Shown here piece by piece: positions 51,055-62,986 of a DNA stretch of 64,000 nucleotides. Positions within the stretch are counted from its first letter, which is position 1. Each line of letters starts with the position of its first letter. This stretch comes from an uncultured Planctomycetota bacterium (GTDB lineage: Bacteria; Planctomycetota; Planctomycetia; Isosphaerales; Isosphaeraceae), in contig CAWJTV010000034.1 of the NCBI GenBank assembly GCA_963845755.1, positions 32,001 to 96,000 on the forward strand, given 5' to 3'. Below the pieces are notes generated by a model that searched no databases, was not told where the DNA came from, and saw only the letters and a program-made list of their open reading frames with translations. A program made the translations under genes and the position numbers.

Positions 51055-51258
51055 GGGGGTCTCGCTCCAGAGGGGAAAGAGGGAGCAGGGCTGCCGGGCG
51101 ATCGCCGTCCCTGGATCGCCCCTCCCTGCGCGCGACAGACCCCGATGCCGGCAATCAAGGCCGCCGGTCTCGGGGCTGGGCGATTTCAAGAAAGCGTTTT
51201 CAGCGTTCAGCCATCTATCTATCAAAGCTTGACTCACTGAACACTGTAAACCGAGCGA

Positions 51259-51668
51259 TTACTTGATCTTGACGGTGGCGCCGGCGTCCTCAAGCTCTTT
51301 CTTGAGCTTCTCGGCGTCTTCCTTCGAGACGCCGGTCTTAATCTCCTTGGGCGACGCCTCGACCAGGTCCTTAGCCTCCTTCAGGCCCAGGCTCGTGGCG
51401 CGCGGACCACCTTGATGACGTTGATCTTGTTGGCACCGATCGCCTCGAGCACGACGTCGAACTCGGTCTGGACCGCGACAGGCTCGGCCTGCGCGGGGCC
51501 ACCACCGCCACTGCCCTGCTGGATAACGGTCGCGGCGGCAGCTTCCAGGCCATAAGCTTCCTTCAGGTACTTCGTGAGTTGAAGCACCTCGAGCACTTTC
51601 ATGTTGACGAGCGAGTCGCCCAGGTTCTTGATGCTATCGGCGAACGGAGTCGCTTCCGCTGTGGACAT
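51259..51668 (-). CDS. rplL: 50S ribosomal protein L7/L12, frameshift near 51400
   Basis: [18 protein letters not shown], then [11 protein letters not shown]...AGATVKIK in the next frame. Confidence 0.95.
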
Positions 51669-51790
51669 CGGAGGATGGATCCTTTCATGAGGAAAGTGGG
51701 AAAGCTGATGTTATCGATCAATCGCGTGATTCGACGCCGATCTGGCCCCGTGACCGGGCCATCGGCGATGTTCGTAACAGGTCGCCCTGG

Positions 51791-52369
51791 CTACGGGGAA
51801 GAAGATGAATCGGGAGTAGGGACCTCGGCGCCGGCATCCGCCGAGACTCCCTCGCCCTCCTGCTTTTTGACGAAGGCTTCGAGCTGGCCGATCAGTGTGC
51901 TGGACGGGGAGGAGACCAGCGCCAGGGCCTCGCGGGCGGGCCCGAGCAAGAGCCCCAGCACCTGGCCGATCAGGACCTCACGGCTGGGCAGCTTGGTGAT
52001 ATCCTCGACCTGGTCCGGGCCGACGACCACGCCGTTGACCGCTCCCCCCTTGATCTGGGGTTTCTTGAGGTTCTTGACCTGGGTGGAGATCTCCTTGGCC
52101 AGCTCGGCGATGCCGTCGCCTCCCCAGGCCAGTACCGAGGGCCCCTCCAGGTATCTGGATAGCCCTTCCATGCCCATGTCGGTGAAGACCCGACGGGCGA
52201 GGGAATTCTTCAGGACCCGGAGGCGGATCGACTTCTTCCGCAGGTCGCGGCGGAGGCCGTGCTCGGCGATGGCATCCAGCCCCTTGAGGTCCAGGATCAG
52301 CACCGAGCGGGCCCCGTCGAGGTCCGTCCGGAGCTGATCCATCATCAGTTCTTTAACATACTTACTCAT
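51791..52369 (-). CDS. rplJ: 50S ribosomal protein L10
   Basis: VLKNSLARR, KLPSREVLIGQ; synteny. Confidence 0.95.
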   Translation of the reverse strand: MSKYVKELMMDQLRTDLDGARSVLILDLKGLDAIAEHGLRRDLRKKSIRLRVLKNSLARRVFTDMGMEGLSRYLEGPSVLAWGGDGIAELAKEISTQVKNLKKPQIKGGAVNGVVVGPDQVEDITKLPSREVLIGQVLGLLLGPAREALALVSSPSSTLIGQLEAFVKKQEGEGVSADAGAEVPTPDSSSSP

Positions 52370-52444
52370 GACTCAGGTTGCTTTCCACGCAGCATTGGGA
52401 TTGTGCCCAGGCGGTCGGGTCGATCGCCCCGTTGAGATAGCAGC

Positions 52445-53125
52445 TCATGCCGAGACCCGGATGCCCGGGCTCATGGTGGCCGAGACGGTAACCGATCGGA
52501 TGTAGGTCCCCTTGGCAGCGGCCGGCTTGAGCGACCTCAAGTAGTTCAGGAAGGCGTTGATGTTGTCGGCCAACTGTTCTTCGGAGAAGGCGAGTTTGCC
52601 GACGGAGACCGCGACGTTCCCCCCCTTGTCGTTGCGGAACTCGATCTTGCCGGCCTTGAATTCGCGGACGGCGGAAGTGATGTCGGTCGTGACGGTCCCG
52701 GACCGGGGCGATGGCATCAGGCCGCGGGGGCCGAGCACGCGACCCAGCGGGCCGACGATGCCCATCATGTCCGGCGTGGCCAACGCCACGTCGAAATCCA
52801 TCGTCCCCCCCTTGATCTGCTGCGCCAGGTCGTCGGCGCCCACGATGTCCGCGCCGGCGGCCCGGGCCTTCTCCGCATTCTCGCCCTGGGCGAACACGGC
52901 CACACGCACGCTCTTGCCGATCCCGTGCGGCAAAGCCACCGAGCCCCGCACGTTCTGATCGGTCTGCTTCGGGTCGATCCCCAGGTGTGTCGACACCTCG
53001 ACCGTCTGATTGAACTTCGTCGTGTTGAATGATTTGAGAAGCCGGAGCGCCTCCGGCAGGGGTACCGGCGCGACCGATTTGACCTTCTCTCTGAGTGCGC
53101 GATAACGCTTCGATTGCTTGGCCAT
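52445..53125 (-). CDS. rplA: 50S ribosomal protein L1
   Basis: [28 protein letters not shown]. Confidence 0.98.
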   Translation of the reverse strand: MAKQSKRYRALREKVKSVAPVPLPEALRLLKSFNTTKFNQTVEVSTHLGIDPKQTDQNVRGSVALPHGIGKSVRVAVFAQGENAEKARAAGADIVGADDLAQQIKGGTMDFDVALATPDMMGIVGPLGRVLGPRGLMPSPRSGTVTTDITSAVREFKAGKIEFRNDKGGNVAVSVGKLAFSEEQLADNINAFLNYLRSLKPAAAKGTYIRSVTVSATMSPGIRVSA

Positions 53126-53269
53126 CCGATTCGCTCCTTTCGATGAGATCGACAGAGCTGCCGCCTTGTCCTATTTGGGCTCCCCGGCGGGCGGTCGCAT
53201 CCGGGTGAGTTTTCCGTTCACGGTGACAGAAGGTCTCGTCGTGGATAACTGAACACTGAATATCGAAGA

Positions 53270-53695
53270 CTATCCTTTGATCTCCACTCCCATGCTTCGT
53301 GCGGTGCCCGCGATGATCCGGCAAGCATGTTCGATGTCGCGAGCGTTGAGGTCGGCGATCTTCGTCTCGGCGATCTTCTTGACCTGGTCGGCCGTGACCG
53401 AGCCGACCTTGGTCTTGTGGGGCTCGGCGGAGCCGGAGGCGATCCCGGCGGCCTGCTTGAGGAGGACGGCGGCGGGGGGGCTCTTCGTCACGAATTCGAA
53501 AGTCCGGTCGGAGTAGATGGTGATCTCGACCGGGATGGTGGTCCCCTTCATCTCCTTGGTACGTTCGTTGAACTGCATCACGAACTGACCGATATTCACG
53601 CCGTGCTGGCCCAGGGCCGGGCCGACGGGCGGAGCCGGTGTGGCCTGGCCGCCGGGGCACTGGAGCTTCACTTTCGCCGTCATCACCTTGGCCAT
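53270..53695 (-). CDS. rplK: 50S ribosomal protein L11
   Basis: [22 protein letters not shown]. Confidence 0.98.
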   Translation of the reverse strand: MAKVMTAKVKLQCPGGQATPAPPVGPALGQHGVNIGQFVMQFNERTKEMKGTTIPVEITIYSDRTFEFVTKSPPAAVLLKQAAGIASGSAEPHKTKVGSVTADQVKKIAETKIADLNARDIEHACRIIAGTARSMGVEIKG

Positions 53696-53840
53696 CTATT
53701 TGGTCCTTGAGTCCTCAGGGTTCTTAAGTCCATGGGATGATCCCGAGCGATCCGCAATGTCGAATAGCCTGCCCTGTGCCCTCGCCGCCCCGACCGACCT
53801 CGTAACCGGATCGGCCACGAACGACTCGAGGATGGAAGGT

Positions 53841-54611
53841 CTAGATCCGCTCCACTTGCCAATACTCCAGATCCACCGGCGTGGGCCGATTGAAGATGAT
53901 CAGCATGACCTTGACCAGGCCGCGGCCCTCGATGACTTCCTCGACGGTCCCCTCAAAGTTTTCGAATGGGCCGTCCTTGATCTTCACGCGATCGCCACGT
54001 TCCACGTAGATCCGGACCTTCGGGGCCTCCGCGGTGGACTTTTCCTCCTCCTGATGGAGCATCTGGTTGACCTCGGCATCGGTCATCTTGGTCGGAGTGC
54101 CATGGGCACCGACGAAGTCGCCGACCCCGGGGGTCTCGCGTACCAGGAACCAGGTTTTCTCGTTGAGCTCCATCTGGACCATGATGTAACCGGGATACGT
54201 CTTGCGCTCCACAACGCGTTTCTTGTTATTGCGAATCTCGGTGATCTTCTCGGTGGGGACGACGATTTGCCCGAAGTATCGCTGCAGGCCCTGGATCTTG
54301 ACTCGGCGCTGCAAGGCATCGCGAATGGTGTCCTCGCGCGAGCTCTGGACCTTCAGGACGTACCAGACGAGTTCGGGCGGGGGTTCGTCGTCGTCGAGCG
54401 GGCCGGGGGTGTCGGGCGTCGCGCCCGAGTGGCCCGGATCGGGGTCCAAGGCCGGCGTGGCGGCTGCGACCTCAGCGTCCCGGGCAACAGGTCGTCCGCC
54501 GTCGGGCGTCTGTTCGTCGACCTCGACACCGGGGGGATCGAGGGCTTGCGCTTCGTCGTCCGCGATCGGGCCGGTCGGCTCGGTGGGGGGCTCGTGATTT
54601 GATCGGCTCAT
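53841..54611 (-). CDS. nusG: Transcription factor NusG with acidic N-terminal extension
   Basis: WYVLKVQS, YPGYIMV, KOW GDRVKIKDGPFENFEG. Confidence 0.95.
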   Translation of the reverse strand: MSRSNHEPPTEPTGPIADDEAQALDPPGVEVDEQTPDGGRPVARDAEVAAATPALDPDPGHSGATPDTPGPLDDDEPPPELVWYVLKVQSSREDTIRDALQRRVKIQGLQRYFGQIVVPTEKITEIRNNKKRVVERKTYPGYIMVQMELNEKTWFLVRETPGVGDFVGAHGTPTKMTDAEVNQMLHQEEEKSTAEAPKVRIYVERGDRVKIKDGPFENFEGTVEEVIEGRGLVKVMLIIFNRPTPVDLEYWQVERI

Positions 54612-54788
54612 AGAAGGAGTCACTCAGTCATTAATCATGATTCATTCGTCATCGGTGATTGATCTTCGGTTTCGCCCAGGTCTGGCCGCTGGTCCTAGGT
54701 CTGTTATGAGGCTCGGCTTTGCCAACCCGCCCGAGATTCGTGCAGAGCCACCCATGACAAATGACTAATGACCGGTAATGAATGACGT

Positions 54789-55313
54789 TCAGGCCGTGGA
54801 CCCGAATCCGCCTCCCCCGCTGAACTGGAGCACGCCGATTTTCCACAGGATGAACGTCCAAAGCCAGTCCACCACAAAAAGGTACACCGCCATCAGCAGC
54901 ACGGTGCTCAGCACCACCGTGGTTGCGCGGATGAGGTCATCCTTGTTGGTCCACGAGACCTTGTTCATCTCGGCTTCGGTCGCGATCAGGAATTCTGCGA
55001 ATGGCGGGAAGTGGACGATCCGGAAGATCATCCAGCCCAGGACGACCGCGAATGACGCCGGCAACGCGAGCCGCCAGAGCGGGGAATACTCGTACGCTGC
55101 CTCATAAACCTTCCATGCGCCGGCCGCCACCAGGACGCCCAGCGCCAGCCCCGTGTAGACCCGGGCGTACCACCCCTGCATGGGCTTGTAGACCTGGCTG
55201 CGGGTCAGGTTGACGAGGAACTGGGCGAGGAGACCGCTCGGGGCGCCGCCGGGCTTCCCCTTGGCGGGCTTCGCGGACTTCGACGCCGGAACTTCGTCTC
55301 GAACTTTACCCAT
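54789..55313 (-). CDS. secE: Preprotein translocase SecE (three-TM type)
   Basis: FLIATEAEMNKVSW; synteny. Confidence 0.92.
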   Translation of the reverse strand: MGKVRDEVPASKSAKPAKGKPGGAPSGLLAQFLVNLTRSQVYKPMQGWYARVYTGLALGVLVAAGAWKVYEAAYEYSPLWRLALPASFAVVLGWMIFRIVHFPPFAEFLIATEAEMNKVSWTNKDDLIRATTVVLSTVLLMAVYLFVVDWLWTFILWKIGVLQFSGGGGFGSTA

Positions 55314-55440
55314 GGCACCGCTCTCGCTTGCTGGGATTTCCGCGCTGCACGCTCGAAGACGGATCCCCGATCACTTGATTGAATTGGACGCCGAACCGAG
55401 CCCCCATCTCGCCACTGCGCCCAACATCGCCGCGAGATAG

Positions 55441-55513
55441 CACGAGCGGAGGGAATCGAACCCCCAACCGCCGGTTTTGGAGACCGGTGCTCTACCAATT
55501 GAGCTACGCTCGT
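55441..55513 (-). tRNA. tRNA-Trp(CCA)
   Basis: ACGAGCGTAGCTCAATTGGTAGAGCACCGGTCTCCAAAACCGG...GGTTCGATTCC cloverleaf. Confidence 0.96.
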
Positions 55514-55553
55514 TTCTTTCCTTGTATTCACGGAGTCTGCTCACCGGAATGGG

Positions 55554-55588
55554 GGAGACCGGTGCTCCACCGATTGAGCTAAGCTCGT
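55554..55588 (-). pseudogene. Degenerate copy of the 5' half of tRNA-Trp
   Basis: 32/35 identity to 55479..55513. Confidence 0.75.
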
Positions 55589-55634
55589 CTTGTTCGATCC
55601 TCGTTTTGTTGGATTCACCCCGCCGAAATCCGAT

Positions 55635-55787
55635 TCACTTCTTGCGCGATTCCTTGTGGGCCATATGCTTCCGCTCGCGGCGGCAGTATTTTTTCAGCTC
55701 GAGGCGATTGGCGCCTCGGGTTTCCTTTTGAACGCGGTAATTGCGCTCGCCGCATCCGGTACATTCGAGCCAGACATATTCTCGCAT
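55635..55787 (-). CDS. rpmG: 50S ribosomal protein L33
   Basis: Manual translation MREYVWLECTGCGERNYRVQKETRGANRLELKKYCRRERKHMAHKESRKK (absent from the ORF track). Confidence 0.95.
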   Translation of the reverse strand: MREYVWLECTGCGERNYRVQKETRGANRLELKKYCRRERKHMAHKESRKK

Positions 55788-56004
55788 GAAGGTGCTCCTG
55801 CCCGCGCCGGAGGGTCATGATGGCGACCCGCGGATCAACGCAATTCACAAGCCCGCGAAAGGATCGATTCGAGATTACAAGTTCAATAAAAGACCCACCG
55901 GCCGATGAGCAGACGGCCACTCGAACCCCCGGTAGGGCGAGCGGCCGCTTGCCGGCGATCCCGATCACCGTGGGACTGGGTCTCGCGGAGGATCGCGGTT
56001 TCCT

Positions 56005-57216
<1,212 letters not shown>

Positions 57217-57413
57217 TGCTCTGCTCAACGCCTTTCGGCATTCCTTGTGTTTTGCTCAACGCCTTTCGGCATCACTGAGGTCGCTCGCCGAGAAGCCGCC
57301 CCACCGTCAACCTGTTCCATTCGGGACGGCCATCCCAACGGTCCGGGGCGGGAACCGATGGACCCAACTTCCCTCTCGTCCGAATGGTGGACTCGACACT
57401 CAAGAAACCCAAG

Positions 57414-57486
<73 letters not shown>

Positions 57487-57605
57487 ACGTTGTTCGTCCG
57501 TTTCCGCATACTTCACCCGAGCCGGCCATGCCCGCCTCTTCTCCCGTTCGGCGCCGCCGTCTCTGGTTGCATCCCTGCTCGCCCCGATTCTCCCAGCCGA
57601 CGGAG

Positions 57606-57676
57606 AGCGGGTGATGGGAATCGAACCCACGTAGCCTGCTTGGAAGGCAGGTACTCTACCATTGAGTTACACCCGC
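57606..57676 (-). tRNA. tRNA-Gly(TCC)
   Basis: GCGGGTGTAACTCAATGGTAGAGTACCTGCCTTCCAAGCAGG...GGTTCGATTCC. Confidence 0.95.
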
Positions 57677-57819
57677 GGTTGGTCTCCCTTGGCTCCCGGC
57701 AGATCCCTGTCTTTCCGAGTCCGGGAGGACCTTGGCGGTTCGGGTGGGAGTTCCATTTTGACCGTCCCGCGAACACCATCATCAGGTTCCAGTCCGTTCC
57801 ATACCCATCGGGTCGGACC

Positions 57820-57901
57820 TGGGTGGAGCAGGATTCGAACCTGCGAAGGCATTGCCACCAGATTTACAGTCTGGCCCCTTTGGCCGCTTGGGTATCCACC
57901 C
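57820..57901 (-). tRNA. tRNA-Tyr(GTA)
   Basis: GGGTGGATACCCAAGCGGCCAAAGGGGCCAGACTGTAAATCTGG with long variable arm. Confidence 0.95.
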
Positions 57902-58000
57902 ATCGATATCGGTTGTTTCGTTTCCATCCGATCCCAGTGGCATCCCTCGACTTCCCAATCCGGGGTATTTCCGCACCTCGGTCAGACCGGCGGCGGGCAG

Positions 58001-58073
58001 AGCTGGCGGTGAGACTCGAACTCACAACCTTCGGTTTACAAAACCGAAGCTCTGCCGGTTGAGCTACGCCAGC
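58001..58073 (-). tRNA. tRNA-Thr(TGT)
   Basis: GCTGGCGTAGCTCAACCGGCAGAGCTTCGGTTTTGTAAACCGA...AGTTCGAGTCT. Confidence 0.95.
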
Positions 58074-58140
58074 AAGCCGTTTGCAGTCCCACCCCCGGCG
58101 CCGAGACCAGGTCGAGCCCAACTGGGCCGTGAAATCACCT

Positions 58141-58168
58141 AGTATACTCGCACGATACCGCATTGCAA
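58141..58168 (-). promoter_or_regulatory. Putative promoter of the tRNA-tuf operon
   Basis: TTGCAA-16 nt-TATACT on the minus strand, ~65 nt before tRNA-Thr. Confidence 0.55.
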
Positions 58169-58392
58169 CACCTTTCCCGGGCTCGCGGGAAAAAACACCC
58201 ACGACCCCGGAATCGGGGCGCACTACCAGCGCGTCTGAGTCGTATGCGTTTATCATACGATCGGCTCACGGCCCGCGACAAGGGGTCTGTGCGCGGAGAG
58301 GATCAGGAGAGTCCGCTCTCCGGCCAGAGTCATCGCCTCTGCCAGCGTTCCCCCGGGATTGGAGCGTCAGGACGTCCGGTCGGACCTGAACC

Positions 58393-59355
58393 TCACGGGG
58401 AGAGGGTCTCCGCGACGGCTTCGATGGTTGAAGGCGCATGACCTTCCAGGCGATTGTTAATGAAGACGAAGGCGGTCTTGCCGGCGCTGCGCGCCCGCTC
58501 GGCGATTTCATGGAGGCCGGCGCGGGTCGATGGGGCGAGTTCCAGGACGGTGCGATAGGGCTCGAAGCGCGTCACGGCCTGCTCGTAGCTGCGGCCATGT
58601 TGGAGCAGGGCGCGAACGACCGTGAAATCCGCGGTAATGGCCCCGGGCGTTTCGACCTGGTCGATGAGTTCAGGCATGCGCGTCCAGGCGTTGAAGACAT
58701 GCGCGACGCCGTAGGCGGCAAGCATAGCGAAGTATCCGGGTTCGAGGTATTCCGGGTTCCGGATCTCGACCGCATGACGGAATCCGTCGGGCAGTGAGGC
58801 GAGGAATCCGTCGAGCCGCTCCATGAATTCGGCGGCCGATAGCGTCGATTTCGGGATCGTCCCGAACTCGAAGATCAGGGCCGCGATCCGGTCGCGATAG
58901 GGCTCGAGCGGCCGAGTGAACTCGCGGACAAACAACCGGTCATCGAGGAATAACTCATTGACCCGGCCGGCCCGAGGCCCGTAACGGGCATGCCTCGGCC
59001 AGGTTGCGACCGTGATCTCCTCAGGCACCTTGAAGGCGAACTTGAGCGAATCGGGAGTTTCGCCGAAGAGCGCTCGCCAATGATCCGGGGCGGGGAACTG
59101 GTAGAAGCTGAAGTCGCCACAGACGGCGGGGAAGACCTCGGCGTACTCGGCCAGGCACTCGTCCTCGAACTTCCGCCGCGAGAACTTGCCCCGGGCGGTA
59201 TAACGCCCTGGCGTGTAGATCGAGCCCAGCCAGCCCTCGTACTTCCATGAGCTCGTGCCGAAATAAAGCCCCTGATCGGCCAGGGCGCGGAGCCGGGGTG
59301 CCAGCCTCGCCGCTTGGGAGGGCCGGTCGTCATCGAAGAGCGTGAGTTGGGCCAT
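58393..59355 (-). CDS. DUF72 family protein
   Basis: GTSSWKYEGW, FAFKVPEEIT, AVEIRN, FINNRLEGHAP. Confidence 0.88.
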   Translation of the reverse strand: MAQLTLFDDDRPSQAARLAPRLRALADQGLYFGTSSWKYEGWLGSIYTPGRYTARGKFSRRKFEDECLAEYAEVFPAVCGDFSFYQFPAPDHWRALFGETPDSLKFAFKVPEEITVATWPRHARYGPRAGRVNELFLDDRLFVREFTRPLEPYRDRIAALIFEFGTIPKSTLSAAEFMERLDGFLASLPDGFRHAVEIRNPEYLEPGYFAMLAAYGVAHVFNAWTRMPELIDQVETPGAITADFTVVRALLQHGRSYEQAVTRFEPYRTVLELAPSTRAGLHEIAERARSAGKTAFVFINNRLEGHAPSTIEAVAETLSP

Positions 59356-59413
59356 AGGTGGCGAGGATCGATGGGAAGGCCGTCGGGGGAGGACCGACGT
59401 GCCGGGACTTCGG

Positions 59414-60077
59414 TCAGTCATTATCCACGTTGAAGACGTCCTGAACCGGGAGTTGGAAGCCGGGCAGCACGGCGGCGCCATCGAGGACATCGCCGATCCG
59501 CTTGATCACCGACTCCTTGGGCGCAGTGTGGACGCGGACCGTCTGAGTCTTCGGATCCACGACCCAAACCAGCCGCGTGCCTGCGGCGAAGTATTCATCC
59601 AGTTTCCGGGCGATCTCGAGCTTGATGTTCTTCCGACTGATGACCTCGACGGCCAGATCGGCTGCCAGCGAGGGAACGCGCTGGTTCCGATGAGTCTGTC
59701 GCGAGAGCTTCCCACGAGACGTCCGGGATACGGACCAGCCCGCGAACGAGCCGTAACATACCATCGGAACCCAGCACCGTGCCGAGCTTGCGAGTCTGGA
59801 CGAATTTGACCAGGGCGTGGGAGATCAAGACCGCGATCGCTGATTCTTCCCACCCCACGGGTTTCTCCACCAGAGTTCCGTTGACCAGCTCGCCGATCGC
59901 GGTCCGAAACCGGCTCTCGTTGTTGAGGATCAGGTCGTTCTCGGTGGCAGTGCCCGGCGGAGGCTGGAGTCGAACGCGATCAGCCGGTACGTTCCCCAGT
60001 CGGCGGAGGAGGTCGGCCAGAGTTTCCGGCCCGATCTTCGCCGATAGCGGCTTACGACGTGCCGTGGCGGTAGCCAT
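59414..60077 (-). CDS. Uma2 family putative endonuclease, frameshift near 59700
   Basis: ELVNGTLVEK, RIPDVS, DLAVEVIS, YFAAGTRLVWVVDP. Confidence 0.85.
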
Positions 60078-60306
60078 GTCGAAAGACCTCGCCTTGCCGG
60101 GAGAGGTGGGAGTATAGATGTCGAAGGTCGCGGAAGATCCGATCCTGGGCAAGCGGCGGCCCCATCAGGTTGTCGAGCCGCCGCTCGGTTCTTGGTCGCG
60201 ATTCTCTTCTCAACGATCGAGTGGTCACCAATCTCGATGTCGAGGAATATTGCCAGGATGGCACGGTTCGATCCTGATGCGCTTTCCGCGACTTGGCGAT
60301 CCTGTC

Positions 60307-61986
60307 TCACAGCATCGGCAAGTCGAGCTTCTCCTCGCTGGCGATCTTGCGGAGCTTGTCCTGGGCGCGGGACTCGATCTGGCGGACGCGCTCCTTGGTG
60401 ATGCCCAGCTCGCGGCCGAGCTGCTCGAGGGTCTGCTCGCTGGCGCCGCCCAGGCCGAAGCGGCTGGTGATGATCTTCCGCTCGCGCTCGTCGAGCCGGC
60501 CGAGCATCCCCTTGACGGCCTCCTGCATCCGCTTGAGGGCGCTCTCGTATTCGTGCTCGTCGGTCCGGTTGTCGGCGGCAGCCTCGAACATCTCTTCATG
60601 GCCGGTGACGAACCGATCGCGCCGATAGTTCTCCTCGGGGATCGTCCGGGCGAAGTTCTTCATGATCGCCCAGGAGGCATAGGTGCTGAACTTGTTGCCG
60701 CGAGAGAAGTCGAACTTCTCGACGGCGCGGATCAGCGACATGTTGCCGTCGGAGACCAGCTCGAAGAAATTGTTCGACGGTCCGACGTGGCGCTTGGCGA
60801 TCGAGACGACCAGTCGGAGGTTGGCACGGATGATCTGGTTCTTGACGGCCAGAGCCTCTTCCTGGAGTCGCTCGATCTCGTCCAGTTCCGAGGTCCGGGC
60901 GCGGGCCGGATCGACCTTGAGCCGGATCTGGTGAGCCTGGTACTTGAGGTAATTCATCTTGCGGAACAGGTGCATCTCCTGTTCCCGGTCCAGGAGCGGG
61001 ACCTCGTAGAGGCTGGCCAGATACGGCGGCAACCCCTTGGGGGCCTTGGGCCGTCGGGGCGCCTTGCCGTCGGCCGGCTCGGGCATGGCCGCAAGAATCA
61101 CGGACGCGCTGGCCGGATCGCTGAAACTCGAGTTGTCGATGAATTCCAGCTTGGTCCCGAGGATCCGCAGGGCACGCATCTCGTTGAGGACCCGGTACAC
61201 GCTGGAGCGCGTCCGGCCGTACTGCCGGGCCAGGACCTCGGCCGAGACCCCCATACGAAAACGCCGGTAGATCTGCGCCTTGGCGTCCTCGTCCAGCGAT
61301 GGCACCGCGGAAGGAAAGATCGCCCGGTCGGGGTGATCGCGGTCGTAGGCTTTCAGCGTCAGTCGAACTGTTTCTGTTGAGCGTGACATCTTGCGTGCAA
61401 TCCTCCGCGCGATCTCGACCAGACCGGACTGGCCTGGACGGACGAGCGCCATGCGACGGGCGCGACGAATAATCTCGTCTCGCTCCACCTCGGTCAGTTG
61501 CCGAAACCGTGAGCCCCGTTCGACCTGCGTGCGATGGGCCGTGACGAACCGCTGCAGGCTCGACTCGAGGAACCCGACCTTGGTACGGCCGTCGATCACA
61601 AATCGGCGAGCCACCAACCCCTGACGGCGCCATCGCGTCACCGTGCGTGCTGACACGTTGAACCGCCGACTTACCTCATCGACTGTCAAAACGGGTTCGG
61701 CCACGTGTTCAACCGCCTGGCGAGCCGTCGCCGAGACATCCTCGACGAACAGCCGCAGATCGTGCTGAACGTCGCCCCCATCCAGGAGCAGCGCAGGCCA
61801 GCCTTCGGGGCGAAATCCCGTGATCCGGAAACACAGATACTCATAGGGATAACACCGGGCATCCTCGATCTCATTCAGAAGTTGCTCAGCTCGATCGATC
61901 TGTTCCAGACGCCGCTCTTTGGCGGCGTAGCGCGTCTGCTGGTCCTTCAATTGTTTCATCGCGGGATGGCGGTACATCTTGCCCAT
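60307..61986 (-). CDS. Sigma-70 family factor with long N-terminal multi-HTH extension
   Basis: C-terminal ANLRLVVSIAK, KFSTYASWAI, ITKERVRQIE; N-terminal LTVDEVSRRFNVSARTVTRWRRQG. Confidence 0.9.
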   Translation of the reverse strand: MGKMYRHPAMKQLKDQQTRYAAKERRLEQIDRAEQLLNEIEDARCYPYEYLCFRITGFRPEGWPALLLDGGDVQHDLRLFVEDVSATARQAVEHVAEPVLTVDEVSRRFNVSARTVTRWRRQGLVARRFVIDGRTKVGFLESSLQRFVTAHRTQVERGSRFRQLTEVERDEIIRRARRMALVRPGQSGLVEIARRIARKMSRSTETVRLTLKAYDRDHPDRAIFPSAVPSLDEDAKAQIYRRFRMGVSAEVLARQYGRTRSSVYRVLNEMRALRILGTKLEFIDNSSFSDPASASVILAAMPEPADGKAPRRPKAPKGLPPYLASLYEVPLLDREQEMHLFRKMNYLKYQAHQIRLKVDPARARTSELDEIERLQEEALAVKNQIIRANLRLVVSIAKRHVGPSNNFFELVSDGNMSLIRAVEKFDFSRGNKFSTYASWAIMKNFARTIPEENYRRDRFVTGHEEMFEAAADNRTDEHEYESALKRMQEAVKGMLGRLDERERKIITSRFGLGGASEQTLEQLGRELGITKERVRQIESRAQDKLRKIASEEKLDLPML

Positions 61987-62986
61987 CCTGGAGCTCCCTT
62001 GCAGGCTTGCGAGCTCGCAGCTTCCAGATTGTTCAATTTGCCACGATTGTGATGCCGATCACTCACCCATTCCTACAATCACATTGCGTCCTCCCAGGAC
62101 GACGAAATCGTTGACTACACCCCCCGTTTCGCGGGCTTTTCTGACACGCCTACTTTCAGCCATTCGCTCCGCCATCTTGTTTTCTTCGCGACGATTTCGC
62201 CGATAACCCCGTTACACTCTGGCTCGGAACCCACGAAAACGCCTCCTCTTCTCCCAAAGCGCCCACCATACTACGTTCTAAGTCATTCGTTGGATCGCCC
62301 ATCCTGGTGACATCGGGACGACCCCTACTTCCATAAAGAGGCGCCCCGGGTCGTTCAGGTTCTTCTCAATATCAAGGACGACCGTTCGACATCTGAGCGT
62401 CACGTTGATGTTTGAAGAGGCATCCGCAAAAGTTGTACCCGCGCTTCCGCATTTCCCGGGCTCGCTGATCCATCCACCGGCGTTACCCTTTCTTGCCGCA
62501 CTTCCGCATCGAACACCTGTTTTAAACAGACGTTTGAATCATCCATTTGGTTCGATCTTTTCCCTACTAATTATGGGACACCGGAACTGGTACGACTGTC
62601 TTGCAGAGCAGTTCCGTCGCTGGAGAATCGAGTCAGTACTCGCGTTATTCCTTGATGGAGTTGAATTTACAGCAATTTCGCTCCGTCGCTCATACGTTGG
62701 CGACGCAATCCAGTTTTTTTTCAGACGAGCGAGTCGGAACCGAACCCGCGAAGTGTTGAAGCAACTCCACGATACCACTTTGGATGATCGCATTCAACCA
62801 GGGAGAATCAGGACTTGTTTCTGGTAAGGCTCCGTCACGGCGGGAAAAGTCCAACATACAGACCGTGATCGTCGGGACGGTACGACATCACCCCAGGCCA
62901 AATTGACGTGCCGGGGAGACTTTACATAATGTGTCAAGCGTACGGCGGCGGCGGTGCCAGCAGGAGGCGGGAGCAAGGAGCAAAGG

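Noticed and set aside
62405..62827. 140-aa ORF in the sigma upstream region
   Set aside because: No recognisable motif, TTG start and atypical composition; more likely regulatory DNA.
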